DNA of 27,608 nucleotides from a candidate division WOR-3 bacterium (GTDB lineage Bacteria > Hydrothermota > UBA3072 > B12-G15), in contig CBFGJG010000021.1 of NCBI GenBank assembly GCA_965649055.1, positions 4,540 through 32,147 on the forward strand, written 5' to 3'. Under the pieces are notes generated by a model that saw only the letters and a list, made by a program, of their open reading frames with translations, was not told where the DNA came from and did no database searches. This document shows, in pieces, positions 18,151-27,297 of the stretch (positions within the stretch are counted from its first letter, which is position 1; each line of letters opens with the position of its first letter). The translations under genes were made by a program, and so were the position numbers.

Positions 18151-19337
18151 TATAGCACTATTTTAAATTTTGTTCCTTTGCCTTTTTCACTTGAAACAGA
18201 AATAGCACCGTTATGTGCTTCAATAATCTTTTTGACAAACCATAATCCAATCCCTGTTCCCCTTTTTTCACCCGAATAGAACATCTCAAAACATCTTGAT
18301 AATTCTTCTTCATCCATTCCTTTCCCATTATCCTTTATAGTTATATAAACTTTATCATCTTTTTTCACATCAACAGTTATCTTTCCGTTCTTCTCAATGG
18401 CATTTAAAGAATTTTGAATAATATTCTCTATTGCTTTTTTGAACAAATCCCTATCAACATCAATATATATGTCTTCTTTGCATTTCACCAGATATTCAAT
18501 CCTCTCAGGAACATATATTGAAAGTAACAAAGATTTAAGATTGACGTTCTCTTTTTTTAAGTATACAGGTTTTGATAGGAAAAGAAGACTATCAGAAATT
18601 CTGTTTAAAAGAAACGCTTCTTCAAGTATCCTTGAACCAATATCCTTGTCCTTTAATAATTTTGAATATCCTATGATTGTTCCTGATGAATTCCTAATTT
18701 CGTGTAATATGGTGCTTAAATTCCTGCCTATTTCAAAAAGATATTTTTGGGATTCAATCTCCTCCCTGAACCTTTTCAGTTCCCTGTTTTCGGAAGAAAG
18801 ATTATTTATTCTTTCCTTCAATGTTTCTATAAGATAGTTGTCCTGAGATTCAATTATTTCTTTCTTGACACCTTTTCTTTTAAATATCAAGAAAGCTATA
18901 AAGAAAAAATTTAGATAGAAAAGGATTTTCAGAAACATAATAGTAATAAAAGAATTCCTTAAGGATTTTAATTCATCATCATTTGAACCTATCAAAATAT
19001 AATTTTTATCAGTATTGTAAACTATTTTTCTTAATCCGTAAAATATGAATGAATCAGGAAAAAATTCAAGCCTTGCATCCTGTTCACCTATTGATAAAAT
19101 CATTTCTTTATTTTTGTTAAATATTGAAATTCCACTCAGATTGAATCTTCTTATAAGATAGATTAGTGAATCATATTTTATCTCATTTAAGTTCTCTATC
19201 CTTTTTGCTGAAAAAAGAAGAAGTTCATCTTTTAATTCTAATGTTTTATTCCTTACAATTATTAATTGTTGTGATGTTATGATATCAATCCATAAGAATA
19301 AAAGAAATAACAGAAGGATTGATATTCCTAACTTCAA
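18150..19337 (-). CDS. Two-TM sensor histidine kinase
   Basis: Two TM segments, H-box HEIRN, N-box NIIQNSLNA, DNGKGM and GTGIGL. TTG start directly follows the ahcY stop; TAATG overlap with the regulator. Confidence 0.9.
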   Translation of the reverse strand: MKLGISILLLFLLFLWIDIITSQQLIIVRNKTLELKDELLLFSAKRIENLNEIKYDSLIYLIRRFNLSGISIFNKNKEMILSIGEQDARLEFFPDSFIFYGLRKIVYNTDKNYILIGSNDDELKSLRNSFITIMFLKILFYLNFFFIAFLIFKRKGVKKEIIESQDNYLIETLKERINNLSSENRELKRFREEIESQKYLFEIGRNLSTILHEIRNSSGTIIGYSKLLKDKDIGSRILEEAFLLNRISDSLLFLSKPVYLKKENVNLKSLLLSIYVPERIEYLVKCKEDIYIDVDRDLFKKAIENIIQNSLNAIEKNGKITVDVKKDDKVYITIKDNGKGMDEEELSRCFEMFYSGEKRGTGIGLWFVKKIIEAHNGAISVSSEKGKGTKFKIVL

Positions 19338-20594
19338 CTATGTTCCTTCCTCCCAGGAACTCAAATATTTCTCCTGTTCTTTTGTAAGTTTATCAATATC
19401 AATACCCATTGTCTGGAGTTTCAAGTAAGCTATTTCCTTATCAATCTCATCAGGTAATTTATAAACCTGTTTTTCAAGTTCTTTACTATGTTCTTTTATG
19501 TATTTTGTAGCGAGTGCCTGATTTGCAAAACTCATATCCATTACCATTGCTGGATGTCCTTCAGCTGCTGAGAGGTTAACAAGCCTTCCTTCAGAGATAA
19601 GGTTTATCTTTCTTCCATCTTCAAGAACATATTGTTCGACTTCTTTCCTTACAATTTTCTTTTCTTTAGAAAGGGATTTAAGGTCATTTTTATTTATCTC
19701 CACATCAAAGTGTCCTGCATTACAGATAATAGCATTGTTTTTCATAAGTTTCATCGCATCTTTACCAATCACATCTTTGCAACCGGTTGCTGTTATAAAA
19801 ACATCACCGAAAGGTGCTGCATCTATCATTTTCATAACCATAAATCCATCCATTGCAGCTTCAAGTGCCTTAACAGGGTTCACTTCTGTTATTATTACAT
19901 TTGCGCCCATACCTTTTGCGCGCATTGCAATACCCCTTCCACACCATCCGTATCCTGCAATGACCACATAAAGACCTGAAAAAAGTATATTTGTTGCCCT
20001 TAAAATACCATCTATTGTGGATTGACCTGTTCCATATCTGTTATCAAAAAGATGTTTTGTTAAAGAATCATTCACCGCAATAACAGGGTATTTCAGGACC
20101 CCATCTTTTGCCATACTTTTTAATCTTATGACGCCTGTTGTTGTCTCTTCCGTTCCGCCAAGGACATTTTTTATCTTATCCTTCAAATCTTTATGCAGGG
20201 TTGATATTAAATCAGCACCATCATCCATGGTTATGTCAGGTGAATATGAAAGGACTGATTTTATATGGTCATAATAAGTTCTGTTATCTTCGCCTCTTAT
20301 TGCAAATACAGGTATTTTGTGATAATGAACTAATGCTGCTGCAACATCATCCTGTGTTGATAATGGATTTGATGCGGTTAGGAAGACATCTGCACCGCCT
20401 TCCTTTAATGTTATCATCAGGTTTGCGGTTTCTGTTGTAACATGCAGGCATGCAGCGACCTTTAAACCTTTCAATGGTTTCTTTTTTCTGAAATCCTTAC
20501 GTATCATTTCAAGAACCGGCATGAATCCATTAGCCCAGTTTATCCTGTTCAATCCTTCATCTTTCAAATTTATATCTTTTATATCATATTCCAT
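19338..20594 (-). CDS. ahcY: Adenosylhomocysteinase
   Basis: [50 protein letters not shown] and AEGHP. Confidence 0.98.
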   Translation of the reverse strand: MEYDIKDINLKDEGLNRINWANGFMPVLEMIRKDFRKKKPLKGLKVAACLHVTTETANLMITLKEGGADVFLTASNPLSTQDDVAAALVHYHKIPVFAIRGEDNRTYYDHIKSVLSYSPDITMDDGADLISTLHKDLKDKIKNVLGGTEETTTGVIRLKSMAKDGVLKYPVIAVNDSLTKHLFDNRYGTGQSTIDGILRATNILFSGLYVVIAGYGWCGRGIAMRAKGMGANVIITEVNPVKALEAAMDGFMVMKMIDAAPFGDVFITATGCKDVIGKDAMKLMKNNAIICNAGHFDVEINKNDLKSLSKEKKIVRKEVEQYVLEDGRKINLISEGRLVNLSAAEGHPAMVMDMSFANQALATKYIKEHSKELEKQVYKLPDEIDKEIAYLKLQTMGIDIDKLTKEQEKYLSSWEEGT

Positions 20595-20596
20595 AA

Positions 20597-21730
20597 TTAC
20601 ATCTCACTTTTTAACTGTTCAACTTTATCTTTAAGTTCCCATGAGAATCCTTCTTCTTCCCTTCCAAAGTGTCCATAGACTGCGGTTCTTCTGTAAATTG
20701 GTCTTAAGAGATTAAGTGTTTCAATAATTCCACGAGGTGTAAGGTCAAATACTTTCTTTACTGCCTTCAATATCTTCTCATCTTCATATTTTGATGTTCC
20801 GAATGTATTTAAATACATTGCTACAGGATGTTCAACACCTATCGCGTAAGCTATCTGAAATTCAACTTTATCGGCAAGACCTGCTGCGACGATGTTTTTA
20901 GCAACGTATCTTGCCATATATGCCCCTGATCTATCTACCTTTGTAGGGTCTTTCCCCGAAAAACAACCACCACCATGTTTTCCAACACCGCCATAAGAAT
21001 CAACCATAATCTTCCTTCCGGTTAAACCCGTATCAGCCTGTGGCCCACCAATAACGAATCTGCCGGTTGGATTTATCAATATCTTTGTATCTTTTGATAG
21101 AAGATTTTGAGGGATAACCTTCTTTATAACATCTTCTATTATCAGACTTTTTAGTTCTTCCATTTTTACATTTGGATCATGCTGGGATGATACTACTATT
21201 GTTTCTATTCTAACAGGATTATCACTGTCATCATATAAAACTGTAACCTGTGATTTTCCATCAGGTCTTAATATCTTAACACCTTCATATTTTCTTATTT
21301 CAGCGAGCCTTCTTACCAGTTTATGTGCAAGCATAATTGGTAAGGGCATAAGTTCAGGTGTTTCTTTAGTTGCATATCCAAACATCATTCCCTGATCACC
21401 TGCACCACCAATATTAACACCCATTGCTATATCTTGAGATTGTTCCTGTATCATAGTCATAACAGCACAACTGTTATAATCAAATCCGTAATCTGCATCT
21501 GTATAACCTACTTCTTTTATAAGGTTTCTTACTATCCTTGGTATTTCTACATATGCATCTGTAGTAATTTCTCCTGCAACCATAACAAATCCCCTTGATG
21601 TCAATGTCTCAACAGCAACCCTTCCATACTTGTCCTTCTCGAGTATAGCATCAAGTATTGAATCAGATATCTGATCACAAAGTTTATCCGGATGTCCTTC
21701 TGTTACTGATTCACTTGTAATAAGTCTCAT
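20597..21730 (-). CDS. metK: S-adenosylmethionine synthetase
   Basis: [33 protein letters not shown] and YGHFGR. Confidence 0.98.
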   Translation of the reverse strand: MRLITSESVTEGHPDKLCDQISDSILDAILEKDKYGRVAVETLTSRGFVMVAGEITTDAYVEIPRIVRNLIKEVGYTDADYGFDYNSCAVMTMIQEQSQDIAMGVNIGGAGDQGMMFGYATKETPELMPLPIMLAHKLVRRLAEIRKYEGVKILRPDGKSQVTVLYDDSDNPVRIETIVVSSQHDPNVKMEELKSLIIEDVIKKVIPQNLLSKDTKILINPTGRFVIGGPQADTGLTGRKIMVDSYGGVGKHGGGCFSGKDPTKVDRSGAYMARYVAKNIVAAGLADKVEFQIAYAIGVEHPVAMYLNTFGTSKYEDEKILKAVKKVFDLTPRGIIETLNLLRPIYRRTAVYGHFGREEEGFSWELKDKVEQLKSEM

Positions 21731-22725
21731 CTTTCCTCCTTTATTAATGGTTCAATTATTGATGAATCACCAATATTTACAACCTTAAAATTCTCAGTTA
21801 TTACCGCATCAACACCTATTATTGAATCTGACAATAAAACATTTTCTACCTTCCCACCTTCATTTATTATACTATCCTTAATAATCGAATTTTTTATTTT
21901 AACCTTCTTTCCACATGAAACAAAAGGACCAATAATACTATTGGATATATCAACATCTTCAGGTATATATACAGGTGGAATAATAACTGTATTTTTATAA
22001 GATTTGTATTTATTTGTCTTTTTTAATAGAAATCTGTTTGTTTCAAGTAAGGTATCAATTTTGCCGCAATCATACCACCCATTTATCTTTTTTATATAAA
22101 TCTCTTCTGTTTCTAAAAGCAATCTCATACCATCTGTTAACTGGTATTCGTTCTTTGTCTTGATATTTTCGTCTATCAATTTTTTTAGTGCATAAAATAA
22201 TTTAGAACCATTAAGAAAATAATATATTCCAACAATAGCAAGGTTTGATGGTGGTTCTTTTGGTTTTTCGACAAGATTTTTAACCCTTATTCCATCAACC
22301 TCAACTATTCCAAATCTTTGAGGTTCTTCTGTTTCAGCCACTGCTATAATATTTTTTTTCTCTTTTATGGTATCCTTAAAATCAACATCGAATACAGTAT
22401 CACCAAGTAATATTAAAAGGTCAGTTTCTTTATCTATTTTTTCAAGAGATACAAATATTGCATGCCCTAAACCCTGTCTTTTTTCCTGATGAACAAAAAT
22501 AAAATTTTTAAAGATCTCAGAATATTCCCTTTTTATATAATCTTCAATTTTCAGACCATGATGTCCTATAACTATACATATATTATCGGGTTGAAGAGGG
22601 AGAACTGAATCAATTATATGACCAAGAATTGGCTTACCTGCGATATTTATCAATGGTTTGGGAATAGTATGTGTATGTGGCCTTAATCTAACGCCTTCGC
22701 CAGCAGCAGGTATTATTATATTCAT
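21727..22725 (-). CDS. Sugar-phosphate nucleotidyltransferase (G1P thymidylyltransferase long-form-like) with C-terminal hexapeptide repeats
   Basis: [10 protein letters not shown]...PKPL, Q----GLGHA, LGD, EKP and W-DCG, followed by I/V-rich hexapeptide repeats. Substrate cannot be determined. Confidence 0.88.
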   Translation of the reverse strand: MNIIIPAAGEGVRLRPHTHTIPKPLINIAGKPILGHIIDSVLPLQPDNICIVIGHHGLKIEDYIKREYSEIFKNFIFVHQEKRQGLGHAIFVSLEKIDKETDLLILLGDTVFDVDFKDTIKEKKNIIAVAETEEPQRFGIVEVDGIRVKNLVEKPKEPPSNLAIVGIYYFLNGSKLFYALKKLIDENIKTKNEYQLTDGMRLLLETEEIYIKKINGWYDCGKIDTLLETNRFLLKKTNKYKSYKNTVIIPPVYIPEDVDISNSIIGPFVSCGKKVKIKNSIIKDSIINEGGKVENVLLSDSIIGVDAVITENFKVVNIGDSSIIEPLIKEER

Positions 22726-23702
22726 TCACTCATCCTTCTTTTCAATTCATCTATTCTTCTAACTGGATAAGGGTCAACACCATAATTTACAGCGAGAAAA
22801 TAACTCAAATAATCCCCTTTCTGGATAAAACTGAAAATGTTGGTAATATAAGAATCACCATCCGGATACACAGCTGTAACCTCTCCTGCAAGTTCTTTTA
22901 TCAGTTCTATAGTTATATCTATTCTTTTTTTCATTCTTTCGGTCTCAGAATTACTCCTTAATACTATTATATAGAATCTCTTCATAATCTCTTTAGGATT
23001 TTCCCATCCAACTATTTCGTTGTGGTCAAGTTCTGGGAAAGTCGCAAAATGTGCAAGTGATTTACTGTTTTCATTTATCTGGGTTACTATCCTTTTTGCA
23101 ACAGGAATGAATCTTTCTTCACTGTATATAAACGGAAGTTTCTCTTTTATCTTTAAACTTATTTCCTGTGCCCATTTTTTTGAATTCTCTCTGTTTTCCC
23201 TTAATACACTTATTAGTTCTTTCATTTCTTTCTGCTTTAATTCAATAATATCTGATTTCTCAAGGATTTTAATGATAGGAAAGAAAAGATATGCTATTGC
23301 ACATCTTGGTGCATATCCTTTTGGGATAAGAAGGAAGGGGATTTTCTCCTTTTTTGCAAGGTCTTCAAGAATACCATTACTTGTAATTATAAAAATCTGT
23401 GATTTTTTCTTCCTTCCTTTTTTATAAATACTGATTGTCTCTTCAGTGTTTCCGGAATAACTCGAACATATTAATAATGTTTCTTCGTTAACATAATTTG
23501 GAATTTCATAATCCCTTATTATTTCAACAGGAATATTTCCGTTCTGCATAGCAAAATACTTTGCGATTTCACCACCTATAGCAGAACCACCCATACCACC
23601 TATAACTACATTTTTAATTCCTTTGAATTTTACATCTATTCCTTCAGAAAGGTCGATTGCATTAACGATATCTTCGGGAAGATTATCAATAATTTCTATC
23701 AT
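22722..23702 (-). CDS. Bifunctional phosphoglucose/phosphomannose isomerase
   Basis: GMGGSAIG, SYSGNTEET, PR-A, QINENSK, PELDHNE and D--SY-LA---GVDP-PV--I--LK. Confidence 0.93.
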   Translation of the reverse strand: MIEIIDNLPEDIVNAIDLSEGIDVKFKGIKNVVIGGMGGSAIGGEIAKYFAMQNGNIPVEIIRDYEIPNYVNEETLLICSSYSGNTEETISIYKKGRKKKSQIFIITSNGILEDLAKKEKIPFLLIPKGYAPRCAIAYLFFPIIKILEKSDIIELKQKEMKELISVLRENRENSKKWAQEISLKIKEKLPFIYSEERFIPVAKRIVTQINENSKSLAHFATFPELDHNEIVGWENPKEIMKRFYIIVLRSNSETERMKKRIDITIELIKELAGEVTAVYPDGDSYITNIFSFIQKGDYLSYFLAVNYGVDPYPVRRIDELKRRMSE

Positions 23703-25450
23703 TTCTCAACCTCCATAAAAAAGTTTTTTAAATTGGGAAATCTTTTAAGTAACTCTTCTTTTAAATATTCCCTGACATTTCTACTTGATTCCATATTCAA
23801 TACATTCTCAGCTATTTTCTGTGATTCAATAAAGGTAATTCCCCTTATAATATTTTTAACCTGCGGTATCAATGAAGGTGAAACAGAAAATTCATCTATT
23901 TTAAGACCGACAAGTAGTGGAACTGCCAGTAGATCACTTGCTATTTCGCCACATACACCAACCCAGATACCATTTGAATGTGCTGCTTCAACAGACATTT
24001 TTATAAGTTTTATTACAGATGGATCTAAATGGTCGTAAATATGGGAAACCTTTTCATTTCCTCTATCAACAGCAAGTGTGTACTGTGTTAAATCATTTGA
24101 GCCAATTGAAAAGAAGTCAACATTTTTTGCAAATGTCTCTGCAAGTAAAACGGTGGATGGTATTTCAACCATAATTCCAATCTCTATGTCTTCTTTGAAT
24201 TCTTTTCCTTCCTTTCTCAGTATATTTTTTCCTTCATTCACTATATCTTTTGCCTTAATCACCTCGTCTATATTTGATACCATGGGTAGCATAATTTTAA
24301 CATTCCCAAATTTTGCTGCCCTTAATATTGCCTTGATTTGTGTTAGCATTATATCAACCCTGTCAAGTGTAAATCTTATTCCGCGCCAGCCAAGGAATGG
24401 ATTATGTTCCTGCATGTATTCCCATTTTAACAGCTTATCCCCACCAATATCCAGTGTTCTAATTATAACAGGATTAGGATTAAAAGCAGATGCAGCTTCG
24501 CTGTAGATTCTAAACTGAGTTTCCTCGTCAGGTAATTGATTCTTCATAAAATAAATGAATTCAGTTCTGTATAATCCAATACCCTTTGCACCATTCCTCT
24601 TTGCAGATTCAATCTCAACAGGGAATTCTATGTTTGCGGTTATATCATAAAGCTTCCCATCCATGGTTGTTGATGGTAGTTCTCTTGATGCTTCTATCTC
24701 TTTTTCATATTTCTCATACTCTATCTTTCTTTTCTCATAGGTTCTTTTGGTATCTTCGTCCGCATCAACAATGATTAATCCTCTTATTCCATCTATTATT
24801 AACTCGTCCTCATTTTCAATCTCATCAAGCAGGTTCTCAACACCTACGACAGCTGGAATTCCCAAAGCCTTTGCTATTATAGCAGTATGGGAGTTTTTAC
24901 CACCGATTTCTGTAGCAAAAGCAAGAACATTTTTTACCTCAAGGGTTGCTGTCTCAGATGGAGTAAGATTGTGTGCAACAATTATTGATGGCTCTGTTAA
25001 TTTAATATAATTGTTTTTTTCTCCTTCAATCTTTGAGAGAACCCTCATCGCAACATCCTGGATATCAAAAAATCTTTCTTTTAGATAATGGTCATCAATA
25101 TTTTCAAAATTTTTTTTCATTTCCTGGACAAAATCGTATATTGCAATTGATACATTTTTGCCGGAAATAATTTTTTCTTCAATGGTATTAAGAAAGATAG
25201 GGTCGTTCAATGATAACAATTGAACTTCTATAATTGAAGATAGTTTCTTCCCCATCTCTTTTGTTTTCGCAAGAACTTCTTGTAATTCAACCTTTGTGTC
25301 ATTTAAAGCCTTATAGAAATTTGCGAGTTCTTCTTCCTGTGTCCTGTTCTTTATTAATTTTGGAGACAATTTCTCTTTCCTGTAAACATAGGCTTTTCCC
25401 ATTGCTATTCCAGGGGATGCGTCGATGCCTCTTAATACCTTATTCTTCAT
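23699..25450 (-). CDS. ptsI: Phosphoenolpyruvate-protein phosphotransferase (PTS enzyme I)
   Basis: GIDASPGIAMG, GG-NSHTAI (phospho-His), GIGLYRTEF, RTLDIGGDK, NPFLGWRGIR, SIGSNDLTQY and GVCGE. Confidence 0.97.
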   Translation of the reverse strand: MKNKVLRGIDASPGIAMGKAYVYRKEKLSPKLIKNRTQEEELANFYKALNDTKVELQEVLAKTKEMGKKLSSIIEVQLLSLNDPIFLNTIEEKIISGKNVSIAIYDFVQEMKKNFENIDDHYLKERFFDIQDVAMRVLSKIEGEKNNYIKLTEPSIIVAHNLTPSETATLEVKNVLAFATEIGGKNSHTAIIAKALGIPAVVGVENLLDEIENEDELIIDGIRGLIIVDADEDTKRTYEKRKIEYEKYEKEIEASRELPSTTMDGKLYDITANIEFPVEIESAKRNGAKGIGLYRTEFIYFMKNQLPDEETQFRIYSEAASAFNPNPVIIRTLDIGGDKLLKWEYMQEHNPFLGWRGIRFTLDRVDIMLTQIKAILRAAKFGNVKIMLPMVSNIDEVIKAKDIVNEGKNILRKEGKEFKEDIEIGIMVEIPSTVLLAETFAKNVDFFSIGSNDLTQYTLAVDRGNEKVSHIYDHLDPSVIKLIKMSVEAAHSNGIWVGVCGEIASDLLAVPLLVGLKIDEFSVSPSLIPQVKNIIRGITFIESQKIAENVLNMESSRNVREYLKEELLKRFPNLKNFFMEVEK

Positions 25451-25706
25451 AAAACTTGTTCTCCACTATTTCTTCAACCTTATTAACCGCTTCTACCTCA
25501 TCTATACCATCTGCCTTAACAAGTATTGTGCTACCCTGTTCACAGGCAAGCATCAGGAGCCCCATTATACTCTTTGCATTAACTTCAATTCCATTTTTTT
25601 CTATTGTTACATTTGATTTAAAGTTTGAAAGTGCCTTAACTATCAAAGATGCTGGCCTTGCATGAATACCTAACGAATTTTTAATAACAAGTTTTTTTGA
25701 ATACAT
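25440..25706 (-). CDS. ptsH: Phosphocarrier protein HPr
   Basis: GIHARP (His15) and NAKSIMG (Ser46). 88 aa. Confidence 0.97.
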   Translation of the reverse strand: MYSKKLVIKNSLGIHARPASLIVKALSNFKSNVTIEKNGIEVNAKSIMGLLMLACEQGSTILVKADGIDEVEAVNKVEEIVENKFYEE

Positions 25707-25708
25707 TA

Positions 25709-26524
25709 TTATAATAGGTGTCTTAGAAGGATAGTTACTACTTCTTTCATCTGATTCCTTGGAACTATCATATCGATCATTCCATGTTCAAGCATAAATT
25801 CAGAGCGTTGAAAACCTTCAGGTAATTCCTGTTTAATAGTCTGCTGAATAACCCTTGGGCCCGCAAAACCTAATAAAGCGTCAGGTTCTGATATTATAAT
25901 ATCACCCAGTGACGCATAAGATGCCATTACACCTGCTGTTGTAGGGTTAGTAAGTATACTTATATAAGGTTTATTGAGAAGGTTTAATGCGGTGGATGTT
26001 TTTGCCATCTGCATTAAAGACATAATACCTTCCTGCATCCTTGCACCACCACTGGCATTAACTATAATAAGTGGTAATTCTTTATCTATCGCCCTGTAAA
26101 TTGCCCTTTTTACCTTTTCGCCAACGATTGAACCCATACTACCACCGATAAATTCAAACTCCATTAAACATATCTCAACATCAATCCCGTTTATCTTTCC
26201 CTCTCCGCATACTATAGCATCATTTAAGCCTGTTTTTTCTTTTGATTTCTTAATCTTTGCAGGATAGTCTTTAAATTTAAGGAAGTCAACAGGGGTGAGA
26301 AACTGATCATGTTCATTTAATAAACCTTCATCAAGAAGGAGTTTTTTGTAAAAATTTGAATTAACCCTGAAATGATAACCACATTTATGACATATATTAA
26401 GGTTTGCCTGAACTTCTTTCCTATATAGTATCTCACCACAACTGTCACATTTTATCCATGCTCCGTCTGCAACAGGTTTTTTTTCTTCAATATCTTTTAA
26501 TTCTTTTCTCTTAAAGAAAGCCAT
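25709..26524 (-). CDS. accD: Acetyl-CoA carboxylase carboxyltransferase beta subunit
   Basis: W-KC--C...C-KC zinc finger, GGSMG, SGGARMQEG, GFAGPRVI and EHGMID. Confidence 0.97.
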   Translation of the reverse strand: MAFFKRKELKDIEEKKPVADGAWIKCDSCGEILYRKEVQANLNICHKCGYHFRVNSNFYKKLLLDEGLLNEHDQFLTPVDFLKFKDYPAKIKKSKEKTGLNDAIVCGEGKINGIDVEICLMEFEFIGGSMGSIVGEKVKRAIYRAIDKELPLIIVNASGGARMQEGIMSLMQMAKTSTALNLLNKPYISILTNPTTAGVMASYASLGDIIISEPDALLGFAGPRVIQQTIKQELPEGFQRSEFMLEHGMIDMIVPRNQMKEVVTILLRHLL

Positions 26525-26539
26525 ATTTATTTACCTTTC

Positions 26540-26627
26540 TGCCGGAGGCCGGACTCGAACCGGCACGCCCTTTTGAAAGAGCAGCGGATTTTAAGTCCGC
26601 TGCGTCTACCAGTTCCGCCACTCCGGC
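26540..26627 (-). tRNA. tRNA-Leu, anticodon TAA; CCA not encoded
   Basis: Sequence GCCGGAG TG GCG GAACTGGTAGA CGC A GCGGA CTTAAAA TCCGC, long variable arm, GCCGG TTCGAGT CCGGC CTCCGGC A. The cloverleaf is complete. Confidence 0.96.
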
Positions 26628-26637
26628 TTTTTTTTAA

Positions 26638-26665
26638 AATTTATTTAAAAAAGGTGTTATGTCAA
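26638..26665 (-). promoter_or_regulatory. sigma70 promoter of the tRNA-Leu/accD operon
   Basis: TTGACA (26665-26660), 16 bp, TAAATT (26643-26638), 10 nt before the tRNA 5' end. Confidence 0.7.
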
Positions 26666-26730
26666 GGATAAAATGAAAAAAATTTGGAAAATGTGATAAA
26701 AGAACTAAATTATAAAAAATGGAGGTTTGT

Positions 26731-26880
26731 ATGATTTATTTATGGTTAGACTTTCATAAGAGTCATTCTAATATAACAGGAGTGGATAATAAAGGGAAGA
26801 TTATAGGTATAACGAGTGCATGGTTATTTTTTTCTTTTCCATTGTCCAAATCTCATAATCTTTTTTCAAACCTTTCTTGA
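26731..26880 (+). pseudogene. IS110-family transposase N-terminal remnant
   Basis: SD GGAGGT and ATG give MIYLWLDFHKSHSNITGVDNKGKII, resembling the IS110 start M-Y-G-D-HK--S-----D--GKII. Similarity is lost after about 25 aa and the frame stops at codon 50. Confidence 0.6.
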
Positions 26881-26920
26881 AACATTTTATTAAGTTCATT
26901 TAAATAACATTTTATCAAAG

Positions 26921-27175
26921 AATCTGATTTTTAACATCTTCCTTTATGTAACACCTGAATGAAGTCTTCTTTGAACTTCAATAGATACAACATACCTTGG
27001 AGGTTCATATGTTGATACTATCATTGGAATACCTGAATCCTGCAAGGTGTTCTTTAAATTAAATGATGTATACTTTGTTGAAAAGACAAAGGTTGGGATA
27101 AATATAAATGGTGTGAATGTAGAAAATCTTAAATATCCTGAAGATAATGAAAAAGAAACCTTTGAAATTCTTTAA
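26921..27175 (+). pseudogene. Probable degraded gene fragment of unknown function
   Basis: Protein-like frame ...YVTPE*SLL*TSIDTTYLGGSYVDTIIGIPESCKVFF...ETFEIL* with two internal TGA codons and no 5' start. Confidence 0.35.
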
Positions 27176-27206
27176 ATTTATGTTAATATATGTTTGGAGG
27201 AGAAAA

Positions 27207-27296
27207 ATGAATAAAATGAAATCAATAATATTTTTGGAGGTATCACCCTCACCTATCCTCTCCCATCAAGGGAGAGATGGGAAAATTAGGAGGTAA
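27207..27296 (+). CDS. Possible 29-aa small ORF / leader spanning the palindromic element
   Basis: SD GGAGG at 27196-27200. Translation MNKMKSIIFLEVSPSPILSHQGRDGKIRR*. Its last codons contain the SD of the next gene. Confidence 0.3.
   Translation: MNKMKSIIFLEVSPSPILSHQGRDGKIRR
27243..27281. repeat. REP-like GC-rich palindromic element (CCCTCACC...CTCTCCC-loop-GGGAGAG)
   Basis: Stem CTCTCCC/GGGAGAG (27258-27264/27270-27276), extendable to 12 bp with one bulge. It resembles a widespread interspersed repeat type (recalled, not searched). Single copy in this window. Confidence 0.55.
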
Positions 27297-27297
27297 A

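Noticed and set aside
1781..25665. Many 60-150 aa ORFs antisense to or nested in long genes (e.g. 1781-2236, 4086-4388, 5582-5986, 18439-18837, 24078-24506)
   Set aside because: They are shadows of well-supported genes, with no recognisable motifs or RBSs.
26561..26576. CGGCACG...TTTTG resembling a sigma54 -24/-12 site
   Set aside because: It lies within the tRNA gene and does not satisfy GG-N10-GC.
26540..26627. tRNA-Leu as an integration site for the decayed region
   Set aside because: The debris lies on the tRNA 5' side, the 3' side is accD, and there is no duplicated tRNA 3' end or integrase in the window.
26960..26974. TGA recoding (Trp or Sec) in the gene fragment
   Set aside because: TGA is the real stop of several conserved genes here, Trp is TGG elsewhere, and no SECIS-like hairpin is evident.
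27009..27062. 17-aa ORF MLILSLEYLNPARCSLN with GGAGGT upstream
   Set aside because: The SD-like sequence is explained by Gly-Gly codons of the overlapping fragment frame, and there is no other support.
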